Origin: Clostridia bacterium
Lineage (GTDB): Bacteria; Bacillota; Clostridia; Oscillospirales; Acutalibacteraceae
Assembly (NCBI GenBank): GCA_017435385.1
Contig: JAFSFB010000020.1
Location: 5,251-69,250 of the forward strand
Direction: 5' to 3'
DNA length: 64,000 bases
Part shown: piece by piece, positions 54,823-64,000 of the stretch
How the letters are laid out: each line of letters begins with the position of its first letter
Position numbering within the stretch: position 1 is the first letter of the stretch
The notes under the pieces: generated by a model
Databases searched by the model: none
What the model saw: only the letters and a program-made list of their open reading frames with translations
What the model was told of the DNA's origin: nothing
Translations under genes and position numbers: made by a program

Positions 54823-55871
54823 TGTTTTTTCTTCCTTTTGTTATAAACTAATGAACCGTGAAGTGAACGGTTTTCAAATTCATCGAGATTATACGATGCG
54901 TTTCTGCCGTTCTGAGGTTCGGAATTTTTTGATTTAACGGGTTGTGAAGCTGTTGATGTGTTGACCTTTCCTGCCTCAACATCAGCAGGTGATTTGTAAC
55001 CTGCGTTTTGCCACGATGTAAGGATTCTGTCAATATATTTGAAATTCAGCTTGCCGGTATGCTCTGCCATTTCTTCATAAGCCAGAATAATCATTTCGGT
55101 TGAGAATTTCATTGACGAGCTCCATTTACGGAGATATTCCGATTGCTTGACAGTCGGTCTGGGATTGTTTAACCCTGCATTCTGAGCAAGCTCTCGCCAT
55201 ATGTTGTTTGCCGATTTAAGGGCGGCGATCTGTTCGGCGGCTTTTTCCAGAGTGTCAACCTCTCTGTTGCCCCAATCCCTTCCGACAGCTTCTATATAAC
55301 CGTAATTCGTTTTGCCGACGGAAACGCAGTATTCAATCAGCATGAAAAGAACCTCTGTCGGTAAACCGTAATGGTCATGAAGCAGAAGGAGAGTGCATTG
55401 ACCGTCATATCCGATCGTTCTGCCGAGCTTTGTCTGAGCTTCATTGAAAAGATAACCGATTTCCGGAGATTCGTCGATTCTTGTTGCAATCTCAGAGCTT
55501 GAAGGCTTTGAAGGAATGACCGATACTTCGGCTTTTGCAGGCGCTTCGGTTACTGCTTCAACTTTATTGTCGGGTACTGAAACTTTGTTCTGTTCAACTG
55601 TCGACGCCTTGGGGACAGCCGTTTCAGCTTTTCCGTCTGAAGCAAGAACACCGGTAAGGATCCAATACTGAAGATAATCCTCTGCATCATCTTTGCTGAT
55701 TTTCAAAGCAGAGCACATAGCGTCAATGTCAGGATTATCGGGTGATGTTCTGAGTATCCAGAGAAGAACTTTCAGCTGATGTCCCGTTGCAAGCCTGATA
55801 TGCTTATCAACTATATCTGTCGGAACAGCGAATATTGATTTGAAAGAAGCCGGATTAACGGAATAACTCAT
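54819..55871 (-). CDS. DnaD-domain replication initiation/primosome protein (DnaB-Bsu/DnaD-like)
   Basis: 350 aa. DnaD-like repeat regions (YGLPTEVLFMLIEYCVSVGKTNYGYIEAVGRDW; FKYIDRILTSWQNAGYKS). ATGA-type overlap with the dnaI-like gene. Confidence 0.7.
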   Translation of the reverse strand: MSYSVNPASFKSIFAVPTDIVDKHIRLATGHQLKVLLWILRTSPDNPDIDAMCSALKISKDDAEDYLQYWILTGVLASDGKAETAVPKASTVEQNKVSVPDNKVEAVTEAPAKAEVSVIPSKPSSSEIATRIDESPEIGYLFNEAQTKLGRTIGYDGQCTLLLLHDHYGLPTEVLFMLIEYCVSVGKTNYGYIEAVGRDWGNREVDTLEKAAEQIAALKSANNIWRELAQNAGLNNPRPTVKQSEYLRKWSSSMKFSTEMIILAYEEMAEHTGKLNFKYIDRILTSWQNAGYKSPADVEAGKVNTSTASQPVKSKNSEPQNGRNASYNLDEFENRSLHGSLVYNKRKKKQ

Positions 55872-56055
55872 TATTTTACAACTCCATTAAAAAAATAGCG
55901 GAAACTCAAAATATTATAACATAAATTCGGGATGAATTAAAACATTTTTTTGATAAAATTTCAACTTTTTCTCCAATAAATATAATACATTAATATAATA
56001 CAATCTGTTGTGGTCTGAAAATAATCCGTACACAAGCGGTTAGTCAAAAACAACA

Positions 56056-56089
56056 AAAAGAAAAAGAGACTGCCGAAAAGCAGTCTCTT
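56056..56089 (-). terminator. Intrinsic terminator of rpmB
   Basis: Minus strand has AAGAGACTGC-ttttcg-GCAGTCTCTT followed by a T-run. Confidence 0.85.
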
Positions 56090-56104
56090 AATCATGCGTT
56101 TAAA

Positions 56105-56293
56105 TCAAACGGCTCTTGTAACCTTACCCGAGCGAAGGCAGCGTGTGCAAGCATAAACTCTCTTGGGAGTTCCGTTTACAACGGCCTTGACTCTTTTAAC
56201 GTTGGGCTTCCATGTTCTGTTTGAACGTCTGTGAGAGTGGGAAACCTGAATGCCGAATGACACATTTTTACCGCAGAAATCACATTTTGCCAT
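56105..56293 (-). CDS. rpmB: 50S ribosomal protein L28
   Basis: MAKCDFCGKNVSFGIQVSHSHRRSNRTWKPNVKRV... 62 aa. GGAGGTG RBS. Confidence 0.95.
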   Translation of the reverse strand: MAKCDFCGKNVSFGIQVSHSHRRSNRTWKPNVKRVKAVVNGTPKRVYACTRCLRSGKVTRAV

Positions 56294-56414
56294 GTGTCAC
56301 ACCTCCTTTTTAGTCATTAACAGATGATATATTAGCAGATTATTTATCAAATTGCAAGTGTTTTTTTATATTTTTTGAAATTTTAAAAAATTTAATTTTT
56401 TTTAATTTATCTAT

Positions 56415-56461
56415 TGCTTTTTTTCAGTGATTGATATATAATAACAACAGAACATTTGTTT
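56415..56461 (+). promoter_or_regulatory. recA promoter with LexA (Cheo-type) box
   Basis: TTGCTT (56415-56420), a 16-nt spacer, then TATAAT (56437-56442). GAACATTTGTTT at 56450-56461 is close to the GAAC-N4-GTTC consensus. Confidence 0.65.
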
Positions 56462-56483
56462 GATTGAATCGGAGGTATGAATT

Positions 56484-57593
56484 ATGGCAGATAAAAAGAA
56501 GGCTCTTGAAACAGCTCTTGCCCAGATCGAAAAGGCTTACGGCAAAGGAACGATCATGCGACTCGGCGAAAACAGCGGAATGAATGTTGAAGCAATTTCA
56601 ACGGGTTCGATCTCTCTTGATGCCGCAACAGGTATCGGCGGAATGCCCAAGGGCAGGATTATTGAAATATACGGTCCTGAATCTTCGGGTAAAACAACTC
56701 TTGCTCTGACCGTTATTGCAGAAGCTCAGAAGCAGGGCGGAGAAGCTGCGTTCATCGATGCTGAGCATGCTCTCGATCCGAGCTATGCTTCAAACCTCGG
56801 CGTTGATGTTGATTCTCTTCTTGTTTCTCAGCCCGACAACGGCGAGCAGGCTCTCGAAATCGCAGAAGCACTTGTTCGTTCAGGCGCTCTCGATGTTGTT
56901 GTTATCGACTCCGTTGCCGCTCTTGTTCCCCGTTCGGAAATTGAAGGAGAGATGGGCGATTCTCATGTCGGCGCTCATGCAAGACTCATGTCGCAGGCTC
57001 TTCGCAAAATTGCAGGTGCCGTTGCTAAATCGAATACTATTATTATATTCATTAATCAGCTTCGTGAAAAGGTCGGCGTTATCTACGGTAATCCTGAGGT
57101 AACAACAGGCGGCCGTGCACTTAAATTCTATTCGACAATGCGAATTGAAGTCCGCCGTTCCGAAGCTCTTAAAGGCGCAGGAAATGAGATCATCGGTAAC
57201 AGAACAAGAGCAAAGATCGTAAAGAATAAGGTTGCTCCTCCCTTCAAGGAGGCTGAATTTGACATTCTCTACGGCAGAGGAATCTCGAGAGACGGTGAAA
57301 TCGTCGATCTCGGCGTAAAGTTCGGCATTATTCAGAAGAGCGGTGCTTGGTTCTCTTACGGAGATATGCGTCTTGCACAGGGCAGAGATAACACGAGAGA
57401 GCTTCTCATAAACAATCCCGAGCTCTTCAATGAGATCAACGACAAGGTTGTTGCGGCTCTCAAGGAAGCATCCTCCACTAATAAGACCCGCAAGACTCCC
57501 GGATCCGCCGCACCCGAGGCTCCCGCTCCTCAGGTTATGTCTAAGGCGAGTGCGAGAGCGAAGCTTGACATTGTTGTTGACGATGACGATTGA
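56484..57593 (+). CDS. recA: Recombinase RecA
   Basis: Walker [10 protein letters not shown], then FIDAEHALD and [10 protein letters not shown]. 369 aa. Confidence 0.97.
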   Translation: MADKKKALETALAQIEKAYGKGTIMRLGENSGMNVEAISTGSISLDAATGIGGMPKGRIIEIYGPESSGKTTLALTVIAEAQKQGGEAAFIDAEHALDPSYASNLGVDVDSLLVSQPDNGEQALEIAEALVRSGALDVVVIDSVAALVPRSEIEGEMGDSHVGAHARLMSQALRKIAGAVAKSNTIIIFINQLREKVGVIYGNPEVTTGGRALKFYSTMRIEVRRSEALKGAGNEIIGNRTRAKIVKNKVAPPFKEAEFDILYGRGISRDGEIVDLGVKFGIIQKSGAWFSYGDMRLAQGRDNTRELLINNPELFNEINDKVVAALKEASSTNKTRKTPGSAAPEAPAPQVMSKASARAKLDIVVDDDD

Positions 57594-57596
57594 TAA

Positions 57597-58214
57597 ATGA
57601 AAATTGACATAAATAAGGGAAAACAGAATAAGATACATATCTTATGCGATGGTGAATATTCCTTCACCGTTGATGCTGAGTATTGGTTCAGTTGTCCTTA
57701 TTGCGGAAAAAATATGATCGATGAAGAGGAGCAGGCGGCGTTTCTGAATGCCGTCGGCTCCCGCTCTGCTTTTATTGCAGGGCTGAGATTGCTTTCTTAC
57801 CGTGATCACAGCGAAAAAGAGCTTGTTCTCAAGCTCACTCAGAAAGGACATAAAAAAGATTACGCTCAGAATGCTGTTGCTTTGCTTAAAGAATACCGTT
57901 ATATCGACGATGAAAGAACCGCAGAAATCTATGCAAAGGATCTTTTTGAGCGAAAAGGAATGAGCATTAACGGCATTGTCAATGAGCTTTGCAGAAAAGG
58001 TATTTCAAGAGAAATTGCAGTCAATACCGTTGAAAAACTTGACAACGATCCGATTTTGCGTATTATAGATTTATTGAATAAAAAATATTCTCGCTGTCTT
58101 TCTGACGAAAAAGGCATCCGCAAAGCTGTTTCCGCACTTCAGCGCCTCGGCTACAGATGGTCGGATATCAGATGTGCTTTGAGTCAGTACGAAATCGAAA
58201 CGGAGGAAGAATAA
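57597..58214 (+). CDS. recX: Recombination regulator RecX
   Basis: Three-repeat helical pattern (LSYRDHSEKELVLKLTQKG...YIDDERTAEIYAKDL...). It immediately follows recA. Confidence 0.8.
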   Translation: MKIDINKGKQNKIHILCDGEYSFTVDAEYWFSCPYCGKNMIDEEEQAAFLNAVGSRSAFIAGLRLLSYRDHSEKELVLKLTQKGHKKDYAQNAVALLKEYRYIDDERTAEIYAKDLFERKGMSINGIVNELCRKGISREIAVNTVEKLDNDPILRIIDLLNKKYSRCLSDEKGIRKAVSALQRLGYRWSDIRCALSQYEIETEEE

Positions 58215-59540
58215 ATGTATAAGATTGGTATGATCTCTCTCGGTTGTCCCAAGAATCAGGTCGATGCCGAAAGAATGCTTGCTCTGCTTGATAAAAATGA
58301 ATTTGAGATCGCCGATTGCTATGAAGGTGTCGATGCCGTTATCGTCAACACCTGCGGATTCATCGACGATGCAAAGAGAGAAGCCATTGAAAATATCCTT
58401 GATATGGCTCAGCTCAAAGAAGAGGGTACCGTCAAAAAAATTATCGTAACAGGCTGTCTTGCTCAGCGTCATCAGGAAGAAATTTTTACGGAGATACCTG
58501 AGGTCGATGCCGTTATCGGTATCGGCTCAAACGGCAACATTGCAGATATTGTCAAGAAGGTGATTGAGGGCGAGAAAATCTATGATATGCCTGCCAACAC
58601 CGAGCTTCCTCTTGTCGGCGAAAGGCTTTTGACAACGCCGGAATACTGGTCATATCTGAAAATTGCCGACGGTTGCTCAAACAGATGCACTTACTGTGCC
58701 ATTCCTTCGATCAGAGGCGATTTCAGAAGCGTTGAATTTGAAACTCTTGTTGACGAAGCAAAGGCTCTTGCCGATGCCGGAACAAAGGAGCTTATCCTCA
58801 TCGCTCAGGATACGACCAATTACGGCATGGATTTATACGGTAAGCTCAGGCTTCCCGAGCTTCTTGACGCTCTTTGTGAAATTGACGGAATCGAATGGAT
58901 CAGACTGCTTTATTGCTATCCCGATAAGATTACAGACGAGCTTCTTGAAACCATGGCTCGTCAGCCCAAGGTTTTGCATTATATTGACCTTCCTCTTCAG
59001 CACGCTGATGATAAGATCCTTAAAGCGATGAACAGAAAAGGCGACAGCGAATATATAAGAAACACAATTTCACGCATCAGAGAAGCTATGCCCGATGCGG
59101 TTATCAGAACTACCTTCATTATCGGCTTCCCCGGTGAGGGCGAAGAAGAATTTGAAAATCTTGCTGAGTTTATCAATGAAATTGAGTTCGACAGACTCGG
59201 TTGCTTCTCTTATTCACCTCAGGAGGGAACAACTGCCTATGAGATGGAAGATCAGATCGATGATGAAACAAAGCTTCGCCGTGGTGAGATCATAATGGGA
59301 GATCAGCTCGAAATAGTTAATCTCAAAAACCATGAAAAGATCGGCAGTATATATAAGGTTCTCGTCGAGGATTATGACGGATATTCCGACAGCTACAGCG
59401 GCAGAACATATATGGATGCTCCTGATATTGACGGAAAAATTGTTTTTACTACCGAAAAGGAATACAACAGCGGCGATTTTGTCGATGTTGAGGTTATCGG
59501 TATGAATGAATATGATCTTATCGGAAAAGATATTTCTTGA
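58215..59540 (+). CDS. rimO: Ribosomal protein S12 methylthiotransferase RimO
   Basis: UPF0004 domain (SLGCPKNQVDAE), radical-SAM motif CSNRCTYC and a C-terminal TRAM domain. 441 aa. Confidence 0.85.
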   Translation: MYKIGMISLGCPKNQVDAERMLALLDKNEFEIADCYEGVDAVIVNTCGFIDDAKREAIENILDMAQLKEEGTVKKIIVTGCLAQRHQEEIFTEIPEVDAVIGIGSNGNIADIVKKVIEGEKIYDMPANTELPLVGERLLTTPEYWSYLKIADGCSNRCTYCAIPSIRGDFRSVEFETLVDEAKALADAGTKELILIAQDTTNYGMDLYGKLRLPELLDALCEIDGIEWIRLLYCYPDKITDELLETMARQPKVLHYIDLPLQHADDKILKAMNRKGDSEYIRNTISRIREAMPDAVIRTTFIIGFPGEGEEEFENLAEFINEIEFDRLGCFSYSPQEGTTAYEMEDQIDDETKLRRGEIIMGDQLEIVNLKNHEKIGSIYKVLVEDYDGYSDSYSGRTYMDAPDIDGKIVFTTEKEYNSGDFVDVEVIGMNEYDLIGKDIS

Positions 59541-59555
59541 TTTAAGGAGCTGCTG

Positions 59556-60116
59556 ATGAATTTACCGAATAAATTAACTGTTTTAAGAATAATTTTAACC
59601 CCGTTTTTTCTCGTTGCCATGCTGACCGAATTCCGTTTTCATTATCTTGTTGCGGCGGCAATTTTTATTGTTGCATCTTTAACCGATATGCTTGACGGAA
59701 AAATCGCAAGGAAACATAATCTCATAACGACCTTCGGCAAGCTTTGCGATCCTCTTGCCGATAAAATGCTTACGACTGCGGCGCTTCTTGCATTTATGGA
59801 GCTTGATATTTGCAGTGTATGGATCATTATGATTATTCTTACGAGAGAATTTCTTGTCACTTCGTTCAGACTTGTTGCTTCGGCTCAGGGCGTTGTTATT
59901 GCGGCAGGCATATGGGGTAAGCTCAAAACAGCAAGTCAGATGGTTTTTTCGATAGTTATAATGTTTGCCGTTCATTTCTTTGAAGCTTATTCGCTTGATT
60001 TCAATGTTCTTTCGATCATTTCCAACTGTCTGCTCGGCATAACGGCTGTGCTGACAGTTGTTTCGGGCATCAAATATATTGTTGACGGCATAAAAGTTAT
60101 TGATATTTCAATGTGA
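59556..60116 (+). CDS. pgsA: CDP-diacylglycerol--glycerol-3-phosphate 3-phosphatidyltransferase
   Basis: CDP-alcohol phosphatidyltransferase motif DMLDGKIARKHNLITTFGKLCDPLADK. Confidence 0.9.
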   Translation: MNLPNKLTVLRIILTPFFLVAMLTEFRFHYLVAAAIFIVASLTDMLDGKIARKHNLITTFGKLCDPLADKMLTTAALLAFMELDICSVWIIMIILTREFLVTSFRLVASAQGVVIAAGIWGKLKTASQMVFSIVIMFAVHFFEAYSLDFNVLSIISNCLLGITAVLTVVSGIKYIVDGIKVIDISM

Positions 60117-60134
60117 TTTTGTTTATTTTCCCGA

Positions 60135-60163
60135 TTGACATTTATTTGCTTAGCGCATATAAT
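60135..60163 (+). promoter_or_regulatory. SigmaA-type promoter of the cysE-cysS leader
   Basis: TTGACA, a 17-nt spacer, then TATAAT (consensus). Confidence 0.65.
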
Positions 60164-60169
60164 TTTATT

Positions 60170-60425
60170 GATATTTCAAAGCTATCGGCAGGAGAGTAAC
60201 CGCCTCGGTTCATAACAGAGAGGAAGCAGGCAGCTGAAAATGCTTCTTATGACAGTTCCGGTGAAGTGCACCTGACGGCTTGCGGAGGGAAATTGCAGTA
60301 TCTCCGTGCGTATGATCTGCGTTAAAGATCCGGTATGCATTTTATGCATCTTCTGAGTTATAAACAGGAGTGGAACCGCGTTATTTACGCCTCCGTAGTC
60401 TTTTTGACTGCGGAGGATTTTTTGT
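60170..60425 (+). promoter_or_regulatory. T-box leader (Cys specifier) controlling cysE-cysS
   Basis: AGAGA motif. Specifier loop GAAG-UGC-A has TGC at 60267-60269. The T-box AGGAGTGGAACCGCG lies at 60366-60380. The terminator is CGCCTCCGtAGTC...GACTgCGGAGG followed by T6. Confidence 0.85.
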
Positions 60426-60442
60426 TTTTCGGAGGTGTTCGG

Positions 60443-61072
60443 ATGTTCAGACAGCTTAGAGAAGATATTGCGTGCGTCAAGTCGAGAGACCCTGCTGCAA
60501 GATCTGCTCTTGAAATCTATTTTTTATATCCGGGTCTTAAAGCGATCAGGCTTCACAGACTCGCCAATTGGTTTTACAATCATAAAATGTTCTTTATGGC
60601 AAGATGGATCTCTCAGTATGCCTCGAAAAGAACGGGTATTGAAATTCATCCCGCCGTTCAGATAGGAAAAAGATTTTTTATTGACCACGGAACGGGCGTT
60701 GTTATCGGCGAAACCGCAGTTATCGGTGACGATGTCACGATCTATCAGGGTGTAACCCTCGGCGGTACGGGCAAGGATACGGGAAAGCGCCATCCGACCA
60801 TCGGAAACAATGTCATGATCGGTGCCGGCGCCAAGATTCTCGGACCTCTTGAGATAGGCGATAATTCAAGAATTGCCGCCGGTGCGGTCGTTCTTCATGA
60901 TATTCCTCAGAACTCGACTGCTGTCGGCGTTCCTGCAAGGGTTGTTAAGAAGGACGGCATCAGAGTCGATGACCTCAATCAGGTTGATATTCCCGACCCC
61001 GTAGCTCAGGAAATTGCAAGGCTTGAAGCGGAAATAATCTTGTTAAAGAGTCAGATAAATAAGGAGAATTGA
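60443..61072 (+). CDS. cysE: Serine O-acetyltransferase
   Basis: N-terminal DPAARSALEI..YPG and hexapeptide repeats (GVVIGETAVIGDDVTIYQGVTLGGTG). GGAGGTG RBS before the ATG at 60443. The track ORF extension overlaps the T-box. Confidence 0.9.
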   Translation: MFRQLREDIACVKSRDPAARSALEIYFLYPGLKAIRLHRLANWFYNHKMFFMARWISQYASKRTGIEIHPAVQIGKRFFIDHGTGVVIGETAVIGDDVTIYQGVTLGGTGKDTGKRHPTIGNNVMIGAGAKILGPLEIGDNSRIAAGAVVLHDIPQNSTAVGVPARVVKKDGIRVDDLNQVDIPDPVAQEIARLEAEIILLKSQINKEN

Positions 61073-61074
61073 AC

Positions 61075-62466
61075 ATGAAAATTTTTAACACGCTTACAAA
61101 AGAAAAGGTAGATTTTGTTCCCATTAAGGAAGGAGAAGTCAAGATCTATGCCTGCGGACCGACAGTATATAATTTTATTCATATCGGTAACGCAAGACCG
61201 ATCTGCGTATTTGATGTTCTTCGCAGATATCTTGAATACAGTGGCTATAATGTAACCTTCGTTCAGAACTTTACGGATATTGATGACAAGATCATCAAGC
61301 GTGCAAACGAAGAGGGCACGGACTATGAAACCGTTTCCAAGAAGTATATTGAAGAATTCTGGACTGACGCAAACGGTCTTAATTTCAGACCCGCAACCGT
61401 TCATCCTCTTGCTACCGAGAATATTGACAAGATAATTGAAATTGTCAGCGGTCTTATCGATAACGGTCATGCTTACGCAGTTGACGGCGATGTTTATTTC
61501 AGCACAAAAACTTTCGATGAATACGGCAAGCTTTCTCATCAGCCTCTTGAAGAGCTTGAAGCAGGCGCAAGAATCATGGTAGGGGACATCAAAAGAGATC
61601 CCATGGACTTTGCTCTCTGGAAGGCTGCAAAGCCCGGTGAGCCTTACTGGGATTCACCCTGGGGCAAGGGCAGACCCGGCTGGCATATCGAATGCTCAGC
61701 GATGGTTTGCAGATATCTCGGTGAAAGCATTGATATTCACTGCGGCGGTCAGGACCTTGTTTTCCCGCATCATGAAAACGAAATTGCTCAGAGCGAATGC
61801 TTCACGGGTAAGCCTTTTGCAAAATACTGGATGCATAACGGATATATCAACGTTGACAATGTCAAAATGTCAAAGTCACTCGGCAACTTCAAGACAGTCA
61901 GAGACGTTGCTTCCGTTTACGGCTATGAGCCCATCCGTTATCTTATGATTTCTTCGTCATACAGAAGCCCCATCAATTACAGCATTGATATCATTGAACA
62001 GTGCAAGGCTTCTCTTACAAGACTTTATACATGCCGTGACAGCATTGATTTTGAGATCAAGAATGCTGCCGAGGGTGAGCTTAATGCATCTGTAAAGGAA
62101 CAGCTTGACAAGAGAGTTGCTCAGTTCATCGAAGCTATGGATGATGACCTCAACACGGCAGACGGTATTGCCGCTGTTTTCGAGCTTGTCAGAGATATCA
62201 ACACTCTTGTTGTCGGTAAGGGCGAATCAAAAGCAACCGCCGAATATGCCGCAAAGATATTCGATGAGCTGACAGGTGTTCTCGGTCTTGTTTATAACAG
62301 AAAAACAGAGGTTCTTGATGCTGATATCGATGCCATGATTGAAGCAAGAACTCAGGCGAGAAAAGAAAAGAACTGGGCTGAGGCTGACAGAATCAGAGAT
62401 GAACTCAAGGCTATGGGTATCGTTCTTGAGGATACCGCTCAGGGTGTTAAGTGGCACAGAGAATAA
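61075..62466 (+). CDS. cysS: Cysteine--tRNA ligase
   Basis: MKIFNTLT..., HIGN (HIGH motif), KMSKS and the Zn-ligand region WHIECS. AGGAG RBS. Confidence 0.95.
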   Translation: MKIFNTLTKEKVDFVPIKEGEVKIYACGPTVYNFIHIGNARPICVFDVLRRYLEYSGYNVTFVQNFTDIDDKIIKRANEEGTDYETVSKKYIEEFWTDANGLNFRPATVHPLATENIDKIIEIVSGLIDNGHAYAVDGDVYFSTKTFDEYGKLSHQPLEELEAGARIMVGDIKRDPMDFALWKAAKPGEPYWDSPWGKGRPGWHIECSAMVCRYLGESIDIHCGGQDLVFPHHENEIAQSECFTGKPFAKYWMHNGYINVDNVKMSKSLGNFKTVRDVASVYGYEPIRYLMISSSYRSPINYSIDIIEQCKASLTRLYTCRDSIDFEIKNAAEGELNASVKEQLDKRVAQFIEAMDDDLNTADGIAAVFELVRDINTLVVGKGESKATAEYAAKIFDELTGVLGLVYNRKTEVLDADIDAMIEARTQARKEKNWAEADRIRDELKAMGIVLEDTAQGVKWHRE

Positions 62467-62488
62467 TTTCTGACTGAATTTATTGTTG

Positions 62489-62526
62489 AAAACTCCGCAG
62501 AGAGATATACTCAATGCGGAGTTTTG
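62489..62526 (+). terminator. Intrinsic terminator of cysS
   Basis: AAAACTCCGCA...TGCGGAGTTTT followed by a T-rich tail. Confidence 0.8.
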
Positions 62527-62730
62527 TGTTATTAATGACAAATTTTCCTATTATAGAAATATTTTATAAATAATGCTTGCATTTTGAACGGTATTATGTT
62601 ATAATCCTTGAGCAAATCACACGCAGGGTTATTTTTATTATAAGTGCGGGTGCAAATCCGTGTTAATATCAGACCTTGCGGCGGTTCGTATCTGACATTG
62701 GATACAAAATTAACTTAGGAGGAAAAAATC

Positions 62731-63450
62731 ATGTCAGTAGTATCAATGAAACAATTACTCGAAGCAGGCGTTCACTTCGGTCATCAGACCAGAAGATGGA
62801 ACCCCAAGATGGCTGAGTACATCTTCACAGAGCGTAACGGCATCTACATCATCGACCTTCAGAAGACAGTCAAGAAGCTCGAAGAAGCCTATATGTTCAT
62901 CCGTGAGATCGCAGCTGAGGGCGGCGAAGTTCTCTTCGTCGGCACGAAGAAGCAGGCTCAGGATTCCGTTAAGGAAGAAGCTATCCGCTGCGGTATGCCT
63001 TATGTAAACGCTCGTTGGCTCGGCGGTATGCTCACAAACTTCAACACAATCCAGAAGAGAATCAAGAGACTTGCTCAGCTCAAGGCTATGGAAGCAGACG
63101 GAACTTTCGATCTTCTCCCCAAGAAGGAAGTTACAAAGCTCAACCTTGAAATCGAAAAGCTTGAAAAGTTCATGGGCGGTATCACAGAGATGAAGAAGCA
63201 GCCTGCTGCAATGTTCATCGTTGACCCCCGCAAGGAAAGAATCGCTGTTCTCGAAGCAAAGAAGCTCGGTATTCCGATCGTTGCTATCGTTGACACAAAC
63301 TGCGATCCCGACGAAGTTGACTATGTAATCCCCGGTAACGACGACGCTATCCGTGCTGTTAAGCTCATCGCAGGCGCAATGGCAGATGCAGTTATCGAAG
63401 GCAGACAGGGCGAGCAGACAGCTCCCGAAGCAGCATCAGAGGAGGAATAA
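62731..63450 (+). CDS. rpsB: 30S ribosomal protein S2
   Basis: [22 protein letters not shown]. 239 aa. AGGAGG RBS. Confidence 0.97.
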   Translation: MSVVSMKQLLEAGVHFGHQTRRWNPKMAEYIFTERNGIYIIDLQKTVKKLEEAYMFIREIAAEGGEVLFVGTKKQAQDSVKEEAIRCGMPYVNARWLGGMLTNFNTIQKRIKRLAQLKAMEADGTFDLLPKKEVTKLNLEIEKLEKFMGGITEMKKQPAAMFIVDPRKERIAVLEAKKLGIPIVAIVDTNCDPDEVDYVIPGNDDAIRAVKLIAGAMADAVIEGRQGEQTAPEAASEEE

Positions 63451-63454
63451 TATA

Positions 63455-64000
63455 ATGGCAGCATTTACAGCTAAAGACGTTCAGGCTCTCAGAGAAAAGA
63501 CAAACGTCGGCATGATGGATTGCAAGAAAGCACTCGTAGAAGCTGACGGTGATATGGATAAGGCAGTTGAGATCCTTCGTGAGAAGGGACTTGCAACTGC
63601 AGCTAAGAAGGCAAGCAGAATCGCAGCAGAAGGCGTTATCGGTCTTTACTCAGACGGCAACGCATCAGCTCTCATCGAGCTCAACTGCGAAACTGACTTC
63701 GTTGGCAACGGCCCCGAATTCAAGGCTCTTGCAAATCAGATCGCAAAGACTGTTGTTCTCAGCAAGCCTGCTGACCTCGACGCTCTTCTTGCAACAACAA
63801 TCGCAGACGGCAATCTCTCAGTTGCCGATGCTATTCAGGAGCTCTTCCTCTCACTTCGTGAGAACCTCAAGCTCCGCCGCTTTGCTCTTGTTGAGGGCAC
63901 AGCAGTTTCTTACATCCACGCAGGCGGCTCCGTTGGCGTTCTTGTAAGCTTTGACACAAACGCAGCTGACAACGCTGAGTTCGTTGCTATGGGTAAGAAT
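63455..64000 (+). CDS. tsf: Elongation factor Ts, N-terminal part; gene runs off the right edge
   Basis: Own translation from the ATG at 63455 gives MAAFTAKDVQALREKTNVGMMDCKKALVEADGDMDKAVEILREKGLA... GAGGAGG RBS. No stop in the window. Confidence 0.93.
   Translation, partial: MAAFTAKDVQALREKTNVGMMDCKKALVEADGDMDKAVEILREKGLATAAKKASRIAAEGVIGLYSDGNASALIELNCETDFVGNGPEFKALANQIAKTVVLSKPADLDALLATTIADGNLSVADAIQELFLSLRENLKLRRFALVEGTAVSYIHAGGSVGVLVSFDTNAADNAEFVAMGKN

Noticed and set aside
53842-55871. DnaD-domain plus DnaC/IstB-like ATPase pair as a prophage or mobile-element replication module.
   Set aside because: There is no integrase, repressor, structural or recombinase gene, and no att-like repeats nearby. 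The genes sit in a housekeeping run (rpmB, tex), and the ATPase has the DnaI-type N-terminal Cys cluster. I interpret the pair as the chromosomal helicase-loading genes.
56880-57638. 252-aa ORF antisense to recA.
   Set aside because: It lies fully inside the highly conserved recA coding frame. It has no RBS and a low-complexity, Leu/Ser/Asn-rich translation. Long antisense ORFs opposite strongly codon-biased genes are a known artefact.
60335-60442. 5' extension of cysE (track ORF starts at 60335).
   Set aside because: The extension overlaps the conserved T-box sequence and the terminator stem. A GGAGGTG RBS precedes the internal ATG at 60443, which gives a normal serine acetyltransferase N-terminus.
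62583-62730. The roughly 150-nt 5' UTR of rpsB as an S2-binding autoregulatory leader.
   Set aside because: I could draw only short helices (ACACG/CGTGT, TCAGA/TCTGA) by eye, and I found no motif I can tie to a described rpsB leader. Without comparative data the claim is not supportable.

Overview
The window looks like a chromosomal segment of a mid/low-GC anaerobic Firmicute of the class Clostridia. Lineage clues are two T-box leaders, yunB and DUF421/DUF4363 sporulation-linked genes, [FeFe]-hydrogenase maturases, and a split PurH behind a ZTP riboswitch. I can support about 62 protein-coding genes, 3 riboswitch or leader RNAs, several sigmaA-type promoters, a LexA box and about 14 intrinsic terminators. 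I see no rRNA, tRNA, CRISPR array, transposase, integrase, phage structural gene or recognisable defence gene.

Housekeeping blocks are hydG-hydE-TM1266, ligA, pheS-pheT, ireB, the dnaD-like/dnaI-like pair, tex, rpmB, recA-recX-rimO-pgsA, cysE-cysS and rpsB-tsf. They alternate with accessory blocks of two kinds. The first is signal-peptide-less glycoside hydrolases: GH43, a permuted GH3, GH2, GH27 and a BNR/sialidase-like protein. The second is secreted hydrolases: two PHP-domain paralogs, a purple-acid-phosphatase-like metallophosphoesterase, an LCAT-like lipase and a 1200-aa S8 protease with LRR and Big_2 domains.

I could not identify a clear-cut new multi-gene system such as a defence or mobile element. 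The observations most worth follow-up are:
- An unclassified terminator/antiterminator leader in front of the hydrogenase-maturase operon.
- A GcvH-like protein, translationally coupled to ligA, whose lipoyl-lysine is replaced by Arg.
- A recurrent aromatic/hydrophobic C-terminal tail on four unrelated secreted enzymes.
- A PnuC-family transporter overlapping a cytoplasmic BNR hydrolase.
- A stand-alone two-subunit aconitase X.
- A ZTP riboswitch driving a PurO-type IMP cyclohydrolase plus an AICARFT-only PurH.

All calls come from reading the translations and sequence by eye. No database search was run.
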